Positions 25,115-39,577 of a stretch of 64,000 nt of DNA are shown piece after piece; positions within the stretch are counted from its first letter, which is position 1, and each line of letters opens with the position of its first letter. The stretch is from Escherichia coli (lineage in GTDB: Bacteria > Pseudomonadota > Gammaproteobacteria > Enterobacterales > Enterobacteriaceae), in assembly GCF_003334315.1 (NCBI RefSeq), contig NZ_QOWR01000008.1, one strand, 5' to 3'. A program made the position numbers and the translations under genes. The notes below the pieces were generated by a model, which ran no database searches, was not told the DNA's origin, and worked only from the letters and a program-made list of their open reading frames with translations.

Positions 25115-25558
25115 ATGGCAGAACATGGCGCGCTGGCGACCCTGAAAGATCTGGCAGAAAAAGAGGTAGAGGATGCCGCGCGCCTGCTGGGTGAAATGCG
25201 TCGCGGGTGTCAGCAGGCGGAAGAACAGCTCAAAATGCTGATCGATTATCAGAATGAATATCGCAATAACCTCAATAGCGATATGAGTGCCGGGATGACC
25301 AGCAACCGCTGGATCAACTATCAGCAGTTTATCCAGACGCTGGAAAAAGCCATTACTCAGCATCGCCAGCAACTTAATCAGTGGACGCAGAAAGTTGACA
25401 TTGCCCTGAACAGCTGGCGAGAAAAGAAACAACGTTTGCAGGCCTGGCAGACACTGCAGGAACGGCAATCCACGGCGGCACTGCTTGCAGAAAACCGCCT
25501 CGATCAGAAAAAGATGGATGAGTTCGCCCAGCGCGCCGCCATGAGGAAACCTGAATGA
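25115..25558 (+). CDS. fliJ: Flagellar export stalk/chaperone protein FliJ
   Basis: 147-aa coiled-coil ORF recognised as FliJ. Confidence 0.93.
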   Translation: MAEHGALATLKDLAEKEVEDAARLLGEMRRGCQQAEEQLKMLIDYQNEYRNNLNSDMSAGMTSNRWINYQQFIQTLEKAITQHRQQLNQWTQKVDIALNSWREKKQRLQAWQTLQERQSTAALLAENRLDQKKMDEFAQRAAMRKPE

Positions 25559-26682
25559 TTCGCTTAGCGCCCTTGATTACCGCCGACGTTGACACCACCA
25601 CATTGCCTGGCGGCAAAGCCAGCGATGCTGCACAAGATTTTCTCGCGTTGTTGAGCGAAGCATTAGCAGGCGAGACAACAACCGACAAAGCGGCCCCCCA
25701 GTTGCTGGTGGCAACAGATAAGCCCACGACAAAAGGCGAGCCGCTGGTCAGCGAGATTGTTTCCGATGCGCAACAAGCGGATTTACTGATCCCTGTGGAT
25801 GAAACACTTCCTGTCATCAACGACGAACAATCCACATCAACACCGTTAACCACCGCTCAGACGATGACGTTGGCTGCGGTGGCTGACAAAAATACGACAC
25901 AAGACGAAAAAGCGGATGACCTTAATGAAGACGTCACCGCAAGTCTGAGCGCCCTTTTTGCGATGTTGCCGGGTTTTGACAATACGCCCAAAGTGACTGA
26001 TGCACCGTCAACCGTGTTACCGGCAGAGAAACCAACGCTCTTCACAAAACTGACTTCTGCGCAACTCACTACAGCACAGCCTGATGACGCCCCCGGCACA
26101 CCAGCTCAGCCATTAACACCGCTGGTAGCAGAAGCCCAGAGTAAAGCGGAAGTCATCAGCACGCCTTCGCCGGTGACCGCTGACGCCAGCCCGCTAATCA
26201 CTCCACACCAGACACAGCCACTGCCCACCGTCGCCGCGCCTGTTTTGAGTGCACCGCTGGGTTCTCACGAATGGCAACAATCATTAAGCCAGCATATTTC
26301 GCTGTTCACCCGCCAGGGGCAACAAAGTGCAGAGTTGCGTCTGCACCCACAGGATTTAGGTGAAGTGCAAATTTCCCTCAAAGTGGATGATAACCAGGCG
26401 CAGATCCAGATGATTTCACCGCATCAGCACGTACGCGCCGCCCTCGAAGCAGCGCTGCCGGTACTGCGTACGCAGCTGGCCGAAAGTGGCATTCAGTTAG
26501 GGCAAAGCAACATCAGTGGCGAAAGCTTTAGTGGTCAGCAGCAGGCCGCGTCCCAACAACAGCAAAGCCAACGCACAGCAAACCATGAACCTCTGGCGGG
26601 GGAAGACGACGATACGCTTCCGGTTCCCGTCTCTTTACAAGGGCGTGTAACAGGTAACAGCGGCGTTGATATTTTCGCCTAA
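25555..26682 (+). CDS. fliK: Flagellar hook-length control protein
   Basis: 375-aa ORF with a Pro/Thr/Ala/Gln-rich ruler region and a conserved C-terminal T3S4 domain. It overlaps the fliJ stop by 4 nt. Confidence 0.93.
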   Translation: MIRLAPLITADVDTTTLPGGKASDAAQDFLALLSEALAGETTTDKAAPQLLVATDKPTTKGEPLVSEIVSDAQQADLLIPVDETLPVINDEQSTSTPLTTAQTMTLAAVADKNTTQDEKADDLNEDVTASLSALFAMLPGFDNTPKVTDAPSTVLPAEKPTLFTKLTSAQLTTAQPDDAPGTPAQPLTPLVAEAQSKAEVISTPSPVTADASPLITPHQTQPLPTVAAPVLSAPLGSHEWQQSLSQHISLFTRQGQQSAELRLHPQDLGEVQISLKVDDNQAQIQMISPHQHVRAALEAALPVLRTQLAESGIQLGQSNISGESFSGQQQAASQQQQSQRTANHEPLAGEDDDTLPVPVSLQGRVTGNSGVDIFA

Positions 26683-26730
26683 CGTCAGAGGTAGCACCGT
26701 AATCCTCGTCTTTTCCCCGCTTTGTTGCGC

Positions 26731-26757
26731 TCAAGACGCAGGATAATTAGCCGATAA
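26731..26757 (+). promoter_or_regulatory. Sigma28-like promoter element upstream of fliL
   Basis: TCAAGACG-N11-GCCGATAA, with an exact -10, 30 nt upstream of the fliL ATG. fliL is known to have combined class 2/3 control. Confidence 0.55.
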
Positions 26758-26786
26758 GCAGTAGCGACACAGGAAGACCGCAACAC

Positions 26787-27251
26787 ATGACTGATTACGC
26801 GATAAGCAAGAAAAGCAAGCGATCGCTTTGGATCCCGATTCTGGTATTCATTACCCTCGCGGCCTGTGCCAGCGCAGGTTACAGCTACTGGCATTCGCAT
26901 CAGGTTGCCGCTGACGACAAAGCGCAGCAACGCGTCGTGCCCTCCCCGGTCTTCTATGCGCTGGATACCTTTACGGTCAATCTGGGCGATGCAGATCGCG
27001 TACTTTATATCGGCATAACCCTGCGCCTGAAAGATGAAGCTACCCGCTCGCGGCTGAGTGAGTATTTGCCGGAAGTCCGTAGCCGTTTGCTGTTACTGTT
27101 TTCGCGTCAGGATGCTGCCGTACTGGCGACAGAAGAAGGCAAGAAAAACCTGATTGCCGAGATTAAAACCACGCTTTCCACCCCGCTTGTTGCCGGGCAA
27201 CCGAAACAGGATGTCACCGACGTGCTGTATACCGCTTTTATTCTGCGATAA
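26787..27251 (+). CDS. fliL: Flagellar basal-body-associated protein FliL
   Basis: 154-aa ORF with a single N-terminal TM segment. Recognised as FliL. Confidence 0.93.
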   Translation: MTDYAISKKSKRSLWIPILVFITLAACASAGYSYWHSHQVAADDKAQQRVVPSPVFYALDTFTVNLGDADRVLYIGITLRLKDEATRSRLSEYLPEVRSRLLLLFSRQDAAVLATEEGKKNLIAEIKTTLSTPLVAGQPKQDVTDVLYTAFILR

Positions 27252-27255
27252 CGAC

Positions 27256-28260
27256 ATGGGCGATAGTATTCTTTCTCAAGCTGAAATTGATGCGCTGTTG
27301 AATGGTGACAGCGAAGTCAAAGACGAACCGACAGCCAGTGTTAGCGGCGAAAGTGACATTCGTCCGTACGATCCGAATACCCAACGACGGGTTGTGCGCG
27401 AACGTTTGCAGGCGCTGGAAATCATTAATGAGCGCTTTGCCCGCCATTTTCGTATGGGGCTGTTCAACCTGCTGCGTCGTAGCCCGGATATAACCGTCGG
27501 GGCCATCCGCATTCAGCCGTACCATGAATTTGCCCGCAACCTGCCGGTGCCGACCAACCTGAACCTTATACACCTTAAACCGCTGCGCGGCACAGGGCTG
27601 GTGGTGTTCTCGCCGAGCCTGGTGTTTATCGCCGTGGATAACCTGTTTGGCGGCGATGGACGCTTCCCGACCAAAGTGGAAGGTCGCGAGTTTACCCATA
27701 CCGAACAGCGCGTCATCAACCGCATGTTAAAGCTGGCGCTTGAAGGCTATAGCGACGCCTGGAAAGCGATTAATCCGCTGGAAGTTGAGTACGTGCGTTC
27801 GGAAATGCAGGTGAAATTCACTAATATCACCACCTCGCCGAACGACATTGTGGTTAACACGCCGTTCCATGTGGAGATTGGCAACCTGACCGGCGAATTT
27901 AATATCTGCCTGCCATTCAGCATGATCGAGCCGCTACGGGAATTGTTGGTTAACCCGCCGCTGGAAAACTCGCGTAATGAAGATCAGAACTGGCGCGATA
28001 ACCTGGTGCGCCAGGTGCAGCATTCACAGCTGGAACTGGTGGCCAACTTTGCCGATATCTCGCTACGCCTGTCGCAGATTTTAAAACTGAAACCCGGCGA
28101 CGTCCTGCCGATAGAAAAACCCGATCGCATCATCGCCCATGTTGACGGCGTTCCGGTACTGACCAGTCAGTACGGCACCCTCAACGGTCAGTATGCGTTA
28201 CGGATAGAACATTTGATTAACCCGATTTTAAATTCTCTGAACGAGGAACAGCCCAAATGA
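27256..28260 (+). CDS. fliM: Flagellar motor switch protein FliM
   Basis: ATG at 27256 gives 334 aa (MGDSILSQAEIDALLNG...). The ORF-track extension to 27154 overlaps fliL and was rejected. Confidence 0.95.
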   Translation: MGDSILSQAEIDALLNGDSEVKDEPTASVSGESDIRPYDPNTQRRVVRERLQALEIINERFARHFRMGLFNLLRRSPDITVGAIRIQPYHEFARNLPVPTNLNLIHLKPLRGTGLVVFSPSLVFIAVDNLFGGDGRFPTKVEGREFTHTEQRVINRMLKLALEGYSDAWKAINPLEVEYVRSEMQVKFTNITTSPNDIVVNTPFHVEIGNLTGEFNICLPFSMIEPLRELLVNPPLENSRNEDQNWRDNLVRQVQHSQLELVANFADISLRLSQILKLKPGDVLPIEKPDRIIAHVDGVPVLTSQYGTLNGQYALRIEHLINPILNSLNEEQPK

Positions 28261-28670
28261 GTGACATGAATAATCCGGCCGATGACAACAACGGCGCAAT
28301 GGACGATCTGTGGGCTGAAGCGTTGAGCGAGCAAAAATCAACCAGTGGAAAAAGCGCTGCCGACGCGGTGTTCCAGCAATTTGGCGGCGGAGATGTCAGC
28401 GGAACGTTGCAGGATATCGACCTGATTATGGATATTCCGGTCAAGCTGACCGTCGAGCTGGGCCGTACGCGGATGACCATCAAAGAGCTGTTGCGTCTGA
28501 CGCAAGGATCAGTCGTGGCGCTGGACGGTCTGGCGGGCGAACCGCTGGATATTCTGATCAACGGTTATTTAATTGCCCAGGGCGAAGTGGTGGTCGTTGC
28601 CGATAAATATGGCGTGCGGATCACCGATATCATTACCCCGTCCGAGCGGATGCGCCGCCTGAGCCGTTAG
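28257..28670 (+). CDS. fliN: Flagellar motor switch protein FliN
   Basis: 137-aa ORF with a SpoA-like C-terminal domain. It overlaps the fliM stop by 4 nt. Confidence 0.95.
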   Translation: MSDMNNPADDNNGAMDDLWAEALSEQKSTSGKSAADAVFQQFGGGDVSGTLQDIDLIMDIPVKLTVELGRTRMTIKELLRLTQGSVVALDGLAGEPLDILINGYLIAQGEVVVVADKYGVRITDIITPSERMRRLSR

Positions 28671-28672
28671 TG

Positions 28673-29038
28673 ATGAATAACCATGCTACTGTGCAATCTT
28701 CCGCGCCGGTTTCTGCTGCGTCACTGCTGCAGGTGAGCGGCGCACTCATCGCCATTATTGCCCTGATCCTCGCTGCCGCCTGGCTGGTAAAACGGCTGGG
28801 ATTTGCCCCTAAACGCACTGGCGTTAACGGTCTGAAAATTAGCGCCAGTGCTTCGCTGGGCGCGCGTGAACGGGTTGTGGTGGTCGATGTGGAAGATGCA
28901 CGGCTGGTGCTCGGCGTTACCGCAGGGCAAATCAATCTGCTGCATAAACTTCCCCCTTCAGCACCAACGGAAGAGATACCGCAGCCCGATTTTCAGTCGG
29001 TCATGAAAAGCTTGCTTAAGCGTAGCGGGAGATCCTGA
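28673..29038 (+). CDS. fliO: Flagellar export apparatus protein FliO
   Basis: 121 aa from the second of two tandem ATGs ([10 protein letters not shown]...), with a single TM segment. The start could equally be 28670. Confidence 0.9.
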   Translation: MNNHATVQSSAPVSAASLLQVSGALIAIIALILAAAWLVKRLGFAPKRTGVNGLKISASASLGARERVVVVDVEDARLVLGVTAGQINLLHKLPPSAPTEEIPQPDFQSVMKSLLKRSGRS

Positions 29039-29775
29039 TGCGTCGTTTGTTGTCTGTCGCCCCTGTCCTTCTCTGGCTGATTACGCCCCTCGCCTTCGCG
29101 CAACTGCCGGGTATCACCAGCCAGCCGCTGCCTGGCGGTGGACAAAGCTGGTCGCTCCCGGTGCAGACGCTGGTGTTCATCACCTCGTTGACGTTTATTC
29201 CGGCAATTTTACTGATGATGACCAGTTTCACCCGCATCATTATTGTTTTTGGTTTATTGCGTAACGCGCTGGGAACGCCCTCCGCGCCACCTAACCAGGT
29301 ATTGCTGGGGCTGGCACTGTTTTTGACCTTTTTTATTATGTCGCCAGTGATCGACAAAATTTATGTCGATGCGTACCAGCCATTCAGCGAAGAGAAAATA
29401 TCAATGCAGGAGGCGCTGGAAAAAGGGGCGCAGCCGCTGCGTGAGTTTATGCTGCGTCAGACCCGTGAGGCGGATTTAGGGTTGTTTGCCAGACTGGCGA
29501 ATACTGGCCCGTTGCAGGGACCTGAAGCCGTGCCGATGCGCATTTTGCTCCCGGCCTACGTGACCAGCGAGTTGAAAACCGCATTTCAGATAGGCTTCAC
29601 GATTTTCATCCCTTTTTTGATTATCGACCTGGTGATAGCCAGCGTGTTGATGGCATTAGGGATGATGATGGTTCCCCCCGCCACCATTGCTCTGCCCTTT
29701 AAACTGATGCTGTTTGTACTGGTGGATGGCTGGCAATTGCTGGTCGGTTCGCTGGCGCAGAGCTTTTACAGCTAG
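29038..29775 (+). CDS. fliP: Flagellar export gate protein FliP
   Basis: 245-aa ORF with a signal-like N-terminus and 4 TM segments. Recognised as FliP. Confidence 0.95.
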   Translation: MRRLLSVAPVLLWLITPLAFAQLPGITSQPLPGGGQSWSLPVQTLVFITSLTFIPAILLMMTSFTRIIIVFGLLRNALGTPSAPPNQVLLGLALFLTFFIMSPVIDKIYVDAYQPFSEEKISMQEALEKGAQPLREFMLRQTREADLGLFARLANTGPLQGPEAVPMRILLPAYVTSELKTAFQIGFTIFIPFLIIDLVIASVLMALGMMMVPPATIALPFKLMLFVLVDGWQLLVGSLAQSFYS

Positions 29776-29784
29776 AGAGGCAAA

Positions 29785-30054
29785 ATGACACCTGAATCGG
29801 TCATGATGATGGGGACTGAAGCGATGAAAGTCGCGCTGGCACTGGCTGCCCCGCTATTGTTGGTAGCGTTGGTCACGGGCCTTATCATCAGTATTTTGCA
29901 GGCCGCCACCCAGATTAACGAAATGACGCTGTCGTTTATTCCGAAAATCATCGCCGTATTTATTGCCATTATTATTGCCGGACCGTGGATGCTCAATCTG
30001 TTGCTGGATTACGTCCGCACCTTGTTCACTAACCTGCCGTATATCATCGGGTAG
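29785..30054 (+). CDS. fliQ: Flagellar export gate protein FliQ
   Basis: 89-aa ORF with two TM segments. Recognised as FliQ. Confidence 0.94.
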   Translation: MTPESVMMMGTEAMKVALALAAPLLLVALVTGLIISILQAATQINEMTLSFIPKIIAVFIAIIIAGPWMLNLLLDYVRTLFTNLPYIIG

Positions 30055-30061
30055 CCGTACT

Positions 30062-30847
30062 ATGTTGCAGGTGACAAGCGATCAATGGCTTTCCTGGCTA
30101 AGTCTGTACTTCTGGCCGTTACTGCGCGTGCTGGCGCTCATTTCTACCGCGCCAATTCTGAGCGAACGCAGCGTGCCGAAGCGGGTAAAACTGGGTCTGG
30201 CAATGATGATCACGTTCGCTATTGCCCCATCATTACCTGCCAACGATGTTCCTGTTTTTTCGTTCTTTACTCTGTGGCTGGCCGTGCAGCAGATCCTGAT
30301 CGGCATTGCGCTTGGTTTCACCATGCAATTTGCCTTTGCCGCTGTGCGAACCGCTGGCGAAATTATCGGTCTGCAAATGGGGCTGTCATTTGCGACGTTT
30401 GTCGATCCGGCCAGCCATCTCAACATGCCCGTTCTAGCGCGTATCATGGATATGCTGGCGTTACTGCTGTTCCTGACATTTAACGGTCATTTATGGTTGA
30501 TTTCACTGCTGGTCGATACCTTTCACACCCTGCCGATTGGTGGCGAACCGCTGAACAGCAATGCGTTTCTGGCACTCACCAAAGCAGGGAGTTTGATTTT
30601 CCTTAACGGGCTGATGCTGGCGTTACCGCTCATTACTCTGCTGCTGACCCTGAATCTGGCATTAGGTTTACTGAATCGTATGGCCCCGCAATTATCCATT
30701 TTTGTTATTGGATTTCCATTAACTCTGACTGTCGGCATCTCTTTAATGGCGGCATTAATGCCGTTAATTGCGCCTTTTTGCGAACATTTATTCAGTGAAA
30801 TTTTTAATTTGCTGGCTGATATTATTAGTGAATTGCCATTAATATAA
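30062..30847 (+). CDS. fliR: Flagellar export gate protein FliR
   Basis: ATG at 30062 gives 261 aa ([22 protein letters not shown]...). The extension to 29963 overlaps fliQ and was rejected. Confidence 0.94.
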   Translation: MLQVTSDQWLSWLSLYFWPLLRVLALISTAPILSERSVPKRVKLGLAMMITFAIAPSLPANDVPVFSFFTLWLAVQQILIGIALGFTMQFAFAAVRTAGEIIGLQMGLSFATFVDPASHLNMPVLARIMDMLALLLFLTFNGHLWLISLLVDTFHTLPIGGEPLNSNAFLALTKAGSLIFLNGLMLALPLITLLLTLNLALGLLNRMAPQLSIFVIGFPLTLTVGISLMAALMPLIAPFCEHLFSEIFNLLADIISELPLI

Positions 30848-30872
30848 TTCCGTAACGTTTATCATGCTACCC

Positions 30873-30886
30873 TAAGGATTATCCGA
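30873..30886 (+). promoter_or_regulatory. RcsAB-box-like site upstream of rcsA
   Basis: TAAGGATTATCCGA matches the RcsAB box consensus TaAGaatatTCctA at 10 of 14 positions. rcsA is known to be autoregulated. Confidence 0.5.
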
Positions 30887-31136
30887 AAAATAATATCTGC
30901 GAACATCTTCCAGGATACTCCTGTAGCGAAATATTTGTTTTAAGCTCACTCACATATCGCAACATTTACTTTACTTTAAGACAATTCCAGGCAAATTATA
31001 CAACACTTTACGGGATAGTAAGTCCGCCTGAAAAATTGCGAGAGTGGCGCATTAGGTGACCCATGTTGTTCCGTTTAGTCATGATGAAATATTCAGGTAA
31101 GGGGAATTATCGTTACGCATTGAGTGAGGGTATGCC

Positions 31137-31760
31137 ATGTCAACGATTATTATGGATTTATGTAGTTACACCCGACTAGGTTTAACCGGGTATCTGTTGA
31201 GTAGAGGGGTTAAAAAAAGAGAAATCAACGACATTGAAACCGTTGATGACCTTGCCATAGCTTGTGATTCACAGCGCCCTTCAGTGGTGTTTATTAATGA
31301 GGACTGTTTCATCCATGATGCTTCTAACAGTCAGCGCATCAAGCACATCATTAATCAACATCCCAATACGTTATTTATCGTTTTTATGGCAATTGCCAAT
31401 GTTCATTTTGATGAATATCTATTGGTCAGAAAAAATTTATTGATAAGTTCTAAATCGATTAAACCGGAATCTCTCGACGATATCCTTGGCGATATTCTGA
31501 AAAAAGAGACAACGATAACCTCTTTTTTAAATATGCCGACGTTATCATTGAGCCGAACCGAATCGAGTATGTTGCGAATGTGGATGGCAGGTCAGGGAAC
31601 CATCCAAATCTCTGACCAAATGAATATCAAAGCCAAGACCGTTTCATCGCATAAAGGTAATATTAAACGTAAGATCAAAACGCATAATAAACAGGTTATC
31701 TACCATGTCGTCCGACTGACGGATAATGTGACTAATGGTATTTTTGTCAACATGCGCTAA
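31137..31760 (+). CDS. rcsA: Colanic-acid capsule co-activator RcsA (LuxR-type)
   Basis: 207-aa ORF with a C-terminal LuxR HTH ([38 protein letters not shown]). The coding sequence and upstream region are AT-rich. Confidence 0.94.
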   Translation: MSTIIMDLCSYTRLGLTGYLLSRGVKKREINDIETVDDLAIACDSQRPSVVFINEDCFIHDASNSQRIKHIINQHPNTLFIVFMAIANVHFDEYLLVRKNLLISSKSIKPESLDDILGDILKKETTITSFLNMPTLSLSRTESSMLRMWMAGQGTIQISDQMNIKAKTVSSHKGNIKRKIKTHNKQVIYHVVRLTDNVTNGIFVNMR

Positions 31761-31766
31761 CACATT

Positions 31767-31792
31767 CTGACTGGTGGTTTCCCACCAGTCAG
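31767..31792. terminator. Perfect hairpin between convergent rcsA and dsrB
   Basis: 11-bp perfect stem CTGACTGGTGG/CCACCAGTCAG with a 4-nt loop. There is no strong U-run on either side. Confidence 0.55.
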
Positions 31793-31803
31793 GCTGAATA
31801 AGA

Positions 31804-32082
<279 letters not shown>

Positions 32083-32154
32083 CTATACTTAAGAGATGCC
32101 AGGCGGACTTAACGACTGGCGGCAACAACAGAGTAACGGTTGCGAGGAAAGATG

Positions 32155-32382
32155 ATGAAAACCGCAAAAGAGTACAGCGATACCGCAAAACGTGAGGTCA
32201 GCGTCGATGTCGATGCCCTGCTGGCGGCGATCAATGAAATTAGCGAAAGCGAAGTTCATCGCAGCCAGAACGATTCTGAACACGTTAGCGTCGATGGACG
32301 TGAATATCATACATGGCGTGAATTGGCGGATGCCTTCGAACTGGATATTCATGACTTCAGCGTCTCTGAAGTGAATCGTTGA
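32155..32382 (+). CDS. yodD: Stress-induced small protein YodD
   Basis: ATG at 32155 gives 75 aa (MKTAKEYSDTAKREVSVDVDALL...). Confidence 0.85.
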   Translation: MKTAKEYSDTAKREVSVDVDALLAAINEISESEVHRSQNDSEHVSVDGREYHTWRELADAFELDIHDFSVSEVNR

Positions 32383-32395
32383 ATGCACAATAAAA

Positions 32396-32482
32396 AAATC
32401 CCGACCCTGAGGGGGTCGGGATGAAACTTGCTTAAGCAAGAAGCACTTAAAAAATTCGTTACACCAGGAAATCTGATGTGTT
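32396..32482 (-). ncRNA. dsrA: DsrA small regulatory RNA (activates rpoS, represses hns)
   Basis: The minus strand reads AACACATCAGATTTCCTGGTGTAACGAATTTTTTAAGTGCTTCTTGCTTAAGCAAGTTTCATCCCGACCCCCTCAGGGTCGGGATTT. This is the 87-nt DsrA sequence, including its three stem-loops and terminator. Confidence 0.95.
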
Positions 32483-32661
32483 CATCACCTTATCCGCAAT
32501 TTTTTTCGCTGACAAGAAAATCTTCGCGATATGAATGATTAACGCTACTTATGAATAGAAATGTGACGTGCGTCACCCCTTGGTGGCTCTGGCGTCAACG
32601 GGATCGCTCCCGAAAAAATCATCTTTGATTATTTGTGCTGTTTTGAGAATCATCCTGGTAA

Positions 32662-35186
<2,525 letters not shown>

Positions 35187-35281
35187 CCTGACGACTCCCA
35201 ACCTGCTTTTTTATGATTCTGGCATAACCTGGCGATAGCGTACCGCAAAACAGCGATAATTTTATAATGGTGGCATGATAA

Positions 35282-35368
35282 GACGCGATAGCGTCGCATC
35301 AGGCAATTCAGTGCAGACACTGGCACACCCGACCGGATGCGACGTGAGCGCCACATCCGGTCGGGTGT
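35282..35368. repeat. REP-like palindromic elements
   Basis: GCGTCGCATCAGGC... and ...CCGACCGGATGCGACGTGAGCGCCACATCCGGTCGGG resemble REP units. They lie between dgcQ and yodC. Confidence 0.7.
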
Positions 35369-35381
35369 TAATGATACCCTT

Positions 35382-35564
35382 TCAAACTTCTTCCGCAGGA
35401 CGACTTCCCACCCCTGGAACAAGCTCGGTTTCATGAAAAGCTTCCCGCTTGACCCCGTAACCGTCATACCAACGACACTCAACCATACCGCTGGAGTATC
35501 CGGTGACAATCATCCGCGGGCCGCCCTCTTTAACCGTAACTTCCTCACTAACCATAAAGCTCAT
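35382..35564 (-). CDS. yodC: Small protein YodC (DUF2158)
   Basis: 60-aa ORF MSFMVSEEVTVKEGGPRMIVTGYSSGMVECRWYDG..., preceded by a GGAGG SD. Confidence 0.85.
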   Translation of the reverse strand: MSFMVSEEVTVKEGGPRMIVTGYSSGMVECRWYDGYGVKREAFHETELVPGVGSRPAEEV

Positions 35565-35642
35565 ACTCGCCTCCTTTTTTCGAGTAAAACTTGTTCACCT
35601 TAGTTGAAGATGGCGAATTTTGCATAATAGCCAGTGCGAGTA

Positions 35643-36560
35643 TTAATGTGCCTGACCGCGTATTTTCGCTACGGCTTTCACTCCCAGCACCACGATGCCG
35701 CCGATGATAAATCCAAGAATCAGATTTAAAACAGTCGGTAATATCATCGCCACCACTGCACTTTGCTGCCCGGCGAAATGTTCAATGGCGTGATGCAGCG
35801 GCGCAATTCCATGTACCACAATCCCACCGCCGACGAGGAACATCGCCAGCGTGCCGACAATCGATAACGCTTTCATCAGCCAGGGCGCAATGATCAATAA
35901 CCCTTTACCTAATGCCTGCATCAGCGCGCTGGATTTTTCCGCCAGCCAATACCCCAGGTCATCAATCTTAACGATAACCCCTACCAGACCGTAGACGCCC
36001 ACGGTCACTACCAGCGCGATGCCTGAAAGCACCAGCACTTGATTAAGCAACGACGCTTCGGCCACAATCCCCAGCGTGATGGCGACGATTTCCGCAGACA
36101 ATATAAAATCGGTACGAATCGCCCCTTTTATTTTGTCCTTTTCAAACTTCAGCGGATCCTGCGCCGCCAGCTTCTCCAGACGCTGCTGGCTCTGCGCCGG
36201 ATCTTCTTTATGTTTACGCGCCTCCAGCATATGCAGCACTTTCTCTACCCCTTCAAAGCAGAGAAACGCGCCACCAATCATCAACAGAGGCGTAATCGCC
36301 CACGGGATAAACGCACTGATGATCAGCGCCAGCGGCACCAGAATCACTTTATTAATCAGCGATCCTTTCGCCACGCCCCAGACCACGGGAAGTTCCCGGT
36401 TGGCCCGCACGCCTGAAACTTGTTGCGCATTGAGCGATAAGTCATCCCCTAATACACCGGCGGTTTTCTTCGCCGCCAGTTTGCCCATCACGGAGATATC
36501 GTCCAGTAGTGTGGCGATATCATCGAGCAACGTCAGTAAACTACTCCCGGCCAAAAGCAT
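35643..36560 (-). CDS. yedI: DUF808 inner-membrane protein
   Basis: 305-aa polytopic ORF recognised as YedI. Confidence 0.9.
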   Translation of the reverse strand: MLLAGSSLLTLLDDIATLLDDISVMGKLAAKKTAGVLGDDLSLNAQQVSGVRANRELPVVWGVAKGSLINKVILVPLALIISAFIPWAITPLLMIGGAFLCFEGVEKVLHMLEARKHKEDPAQSQQRLEKLAAQDPLKFEKDKIKGAIRTDFILSAEIVAITLGIVAEASLLNQVLVLSGIALVVTVGVYGLVGVIVKIDDLGYWLAEKSSALMQALGKGLLIIAPWLMKALSIVGTLAMFLVGGGIVVHGIAPLHHAIEHFAGQQSAVVAMILPTVLNLILGFIIGGIVVLGVKAVAKIRGQAH

Positions 36561-36732
36561 TCCCTCTCATTTTTATTGTTGAAGGGTGTAAGTATGAAGC
36601 AAAAACGGCAGCTCTGATACTTGCTTCACAGGTCAACATTTTTTTAACAATCAAGTGCAATTATATCTCTCGCCAGCAGAATGATTTTCACGTTTACTAT
36701 GAACCACCTTTTTATTTCCACCGTGAGGGATT

Positions 36733-37653
36733 ATGCGTTTCCGCCAGTTGTTACCGCTTTTTGGCGCGCTGTTTGCGTTGTATATCATTTGGGGCTCAAC
36801 CTATTTTGTCATTCGGATTGGCGTGGAAAGCTGGCCTCCGTTAATGATGGCAGGCGTTCGATTCCTGGCAGCCGGTATTTTATTGATGGCATTTTTGCTA
36901 CTGCGCGGACACAAGCTCCCCCCGCTACGTCCGCTGCTCAATGCCGCGCTGATTGGCCTGTTATTGCTGGCTGTCGGTAATGGCATGGTGACGGTTGCCG
37001 AGCATCAAAATGTTCCTTCCGGCATCGCCGCCGTAGTGGTTGCAACCGTGCCCCTCTTTACCCTGTGCTTCAGCCGCCTGTTTGGCATTAAAACGCGCAA
37101 ACTGGAATGGGTGGGTATTGCCATTGGGCTTGCCGGAATCATCATGCTCAATAGCGGTGGAAATTTAAGCGGCAATCCGTGGGGCGCGATTCTGATTTTA
37201 ATCGGCTCGATTAGCTGGGCGTTTGGCTCGGTTTATGGCTCGCGCATTACCTTACCTGTAGGGATGATGGCGGGTGCGATTGAGATGCTGGCGGCAGGCG
37301 TGGTGTTAATGATCGCGTCGATGATTGCAGGTGAAAAACTGACGGCGCTCCCTTCCCTTTCAGGCTTCCTTGCGGTCGGCTATCTGGCGCTGTTTGGTTC
37401 GATTATCGCCATCAACGCTTATATGTATTTAATCCGTAATGTCAGTCCGGCTCTCGCCACCAGCTACGCCTACGTTAACCCGGTGGTCGCGGTCTTGCTG
37501 GGTACGGGACTGGGCGGAGAGACGCTGTCGAAGATTGAATGGCTGGCGCTCGGCGTAATTGTCTTCGCGGTGGTACTGGTCACGTTGGGAAAATATCTCT
37601 TCCCGGCAAAACCCGTAGTTGCGCCAGTTATGCAGGACGCATCAAGCGAGTAA
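36733..37653 (+). CDS. yedA: EamA/DMT-family transporter
   Basis: 306-aa ORF with about 10 TM segments arranged as two EamA repeats. Recognised as YedA. Confidence 0.91.
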   Translation: MRFRQLLPLFGALFALYIIWGSTYFVIRIGVESWPPLMMAGVRFLAAGILLMAFLLLRGHKLPPLRPLLNAALIGLLLLAVGNGMVTVAEHQNVPSGIAAVVVATVPLFTLCFSRLFGIKTRKLEWVGIAIGLAGIIMLNSGGNLSGNPWGAILILIGSISWAFGSVYGSRITLPVGMMAGAIEMLAAGVVLMIASMIAGEKLTALPSLSGFLAVGYLALFGSIIAINAYMYLIRNVSPALATSYAYVNPVVAVLLGTGLGGETLSKIEWLALGVIVFAVVLVTLGKYLFPAKPVVAPVMQDASSE

Positions 37654-38112
37654 ATGAATCCCCTGCGTGTCGATCTGCGCGCTGGCACCTTCGCCGCAGA
37701 TCCACTCTTCCAGACGCTCGGTAAGCGCTTCATCCGTCAGCTTCTCGCGCCCACGTAATGCACACTCCCAGACAATCAGTACGCGCCAGCCGAGTTCCTG
37801 CAAACGACTGATATCGCGGCGATCGCGTTCAACATTTTTACCTATCTTCTCCAGCCAGAACTCGGTTCGAGTCGCAGGCACTTTAAACAGATAGCAGTGA
37901 TGATGATGCCAGAAGCAGCCATGGGTAAATATCACGCAGCGATATTCATCAACGACAAAATCCGGGCGACCGGGCAGACTGGCGTCCTGAACGCGAAACG
38001 CCAGGCCCTGCCCGGTTAACAGACTGGCGAGGCGCTTCTCAATCGCCGTATCACGCGTGGCAATCGCGCGCATATTTTTGCTGCGAGTGGCCTTATCGTG
38101 AACGTCGGCCAT
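37642..38112 (-). CDS. vsr: Very-short-patch repair endonuclease
   Basis: ATG at 38112 gives 156 aa ([26 protein letters not shown]...). The start lies inside the 3' end of dcm in another frame. Confidence 0.94.
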   Translation of the reverse strand: MADVHDKATRSKNMRAIATRDTAIEKRLASLLTGQGLAFRVQDASLPGRPDFVVDEYRCVIFTHGCFWHHHHCYLFKVPATRTEFWLEKIGKNVERDRRDISRLQELGWRVLIVWECALRGREKLTDEALTERLEEWICGEGASAQIDTQGIHLLA

Positions 38113-39511
38113 GTTGTGCCTCTTGCTGACGCAACGCCACCGCCTGTTTGATTTTTGGCTCAAGCAGTTTTGCCACCGCGGCAAAGACCGGCACGACCAC
38201 CGAGTTACCGAACTGGCGATAGGCCTGAGTGTCCGAAACCGGAATGCGGAATTTCGCTTCTCCCGGCGCTTCAAAACCCATTAAGCGCGCGCATTCCCGA
38301 GGCGTTAACCGACGTGGACGATGTTGCTGATTCTGCGGATCGTCAAAGTCTTTCTCACCTTTGGCCATATCCCAGCCGCGATCGATTAAAATTTCCGCGC
38401 CATCTTTGTAATAACGCGCAGACAGCGTACGCGTGACGCTTTGCGGATTGTTCGGATAAACCATTCCATAACCGAAGCCGTTACCGCGCGCCTGATGTTT
38501 TTTCGCATAACGATAGAGGTACTTCCACAGCACCGGCGTCAGGATATATTTCGCCTCGACCATCGGGTCCAGCAGCTGCGCCAGCGTCACTCGCTGTGCA
38601 GGGAAACATTCGCTGATATCACGCAGAGTAAAATCGGCTTTCAGATTCAGATCGCGACGAAAACCCACCAGCACGATGCGTTCACGGTGCTGCGGCAGGA
38701 AATGTTTGCCGTCGATGATTTTCGGATCGTCCGGCCCGTTATCTTCTGCATCAGCCACGTCATAGCCCAGTTCGTCCAGCGTCTGAATGATGATGCGGAA
38801 CGTTTTACCCTGGTCGTGACTTTTCAGGTTTTTGACGTTTTCGAGCACAAACATCGCCGGACGACGCGCGTCGATAATGCGCACCACATCAAAGAACAGC
38901 GTGCCCTGGGTATCGCAGGCAAAACCGTGCGCCCGCCCGAGCGAGTTCTTTTTCGATACGCCAGCCAGCGAAAATGGCTGACAAGGGAAACCGGCCAGTA
39001 AAACATCGTGTTCAGGAATGTGTTGACGAATATGTTCCGCCGCCGCCTCATCACTCACGCCTTCTTTATGGCTGAGGGTGATGTCGCGGATATCTTCATT
39101 AAAATGATGCGTCGCCGGGTCGCAATAATGGTTGGCTTTATAAGTACGTACCGCATGTTTGTTCCATTCGCTGGTAAACACGCACTGTCCGCCAATCGAT
39201 TCAAAACCGCGACGGATGCCGCCAATTCCGGCAAATAGATCGATAAAGCGAAACGCATAATGCGGATGATGTGCCGGTGGTTTGGGTAATAACGTTTGCA
39301 GATGGGCGAACTCTTTCTCACTTAAACGGTGCCATGCCGAGTCATTCGCCAGCGCACGTTTTAAAATTGCCGCGCTCCAGTGATTCTCACCCACACCATT
39401 AAGCTGCGCCACCAGCGTTTTAACATCATATATTTGCAGCAGTTTCTCCAGCATTGCCTGTGCGGCATTCCCGGTGCTGTATGAATCGGTTACTGATATA
39501 TTTTCCTGCAT
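38093..39511 (-). CDS. dcm: DNA cytosine-5 methyltransferase (CCWGG)
   Basis: 472-aa ORF with C5-MTase motif I FAGIGG, motif [10 protein letters not shown] and motif VI ENVKNL. Recognised as Dcm. Confidence 0.95.
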   Translation of the reverse strand: MQENISVTDSYSTGNAAQAMLEKLLQIYDVKTLVAQLNGVGENHWSAAILKRALANDSAWHRLSEKEFAHLQTLLPKPPAHHPHYAFRFIDLFAGIGGIRRGFESIGGQCVFTSEWNKHAVRTYKANHYCDPATHHFNEDIRDITLSHKEGVSDEAAAEHIRQHIPEHDVLLAGFPCQPFSLAGVSKKNSLGRAHGFACDTQGTLFFDVVRIIDARRPAMFVLENVKNLKSHDQGKTFRIIIQTLDELGYDVADAEDNGPDDPKIIDGKHFLPQHRERIVLVGFRRDLNLKADFTLRDISECFPAQRVTLAQLLDPMVEAKYILTPVLWKYLYRYAKKHQARGNGFGYGMVYPNNPQSVTRTLSARYYKDGAEILIDRGWDMAKGEKDFDDPQNQQHRPRRLTPRECARLMGFEAPGEAKFRIPVSDTQAYRQFGNSVVVPVFAAVAKLLEPKIKQAVALRQQEAQHGRRSR

Positions 39512-39577
39512 AGATTTAACCGGCCATCTGAGATGGCCGACAGGTTAACATAATTACAGCCATTTAGGGCCACGCGC

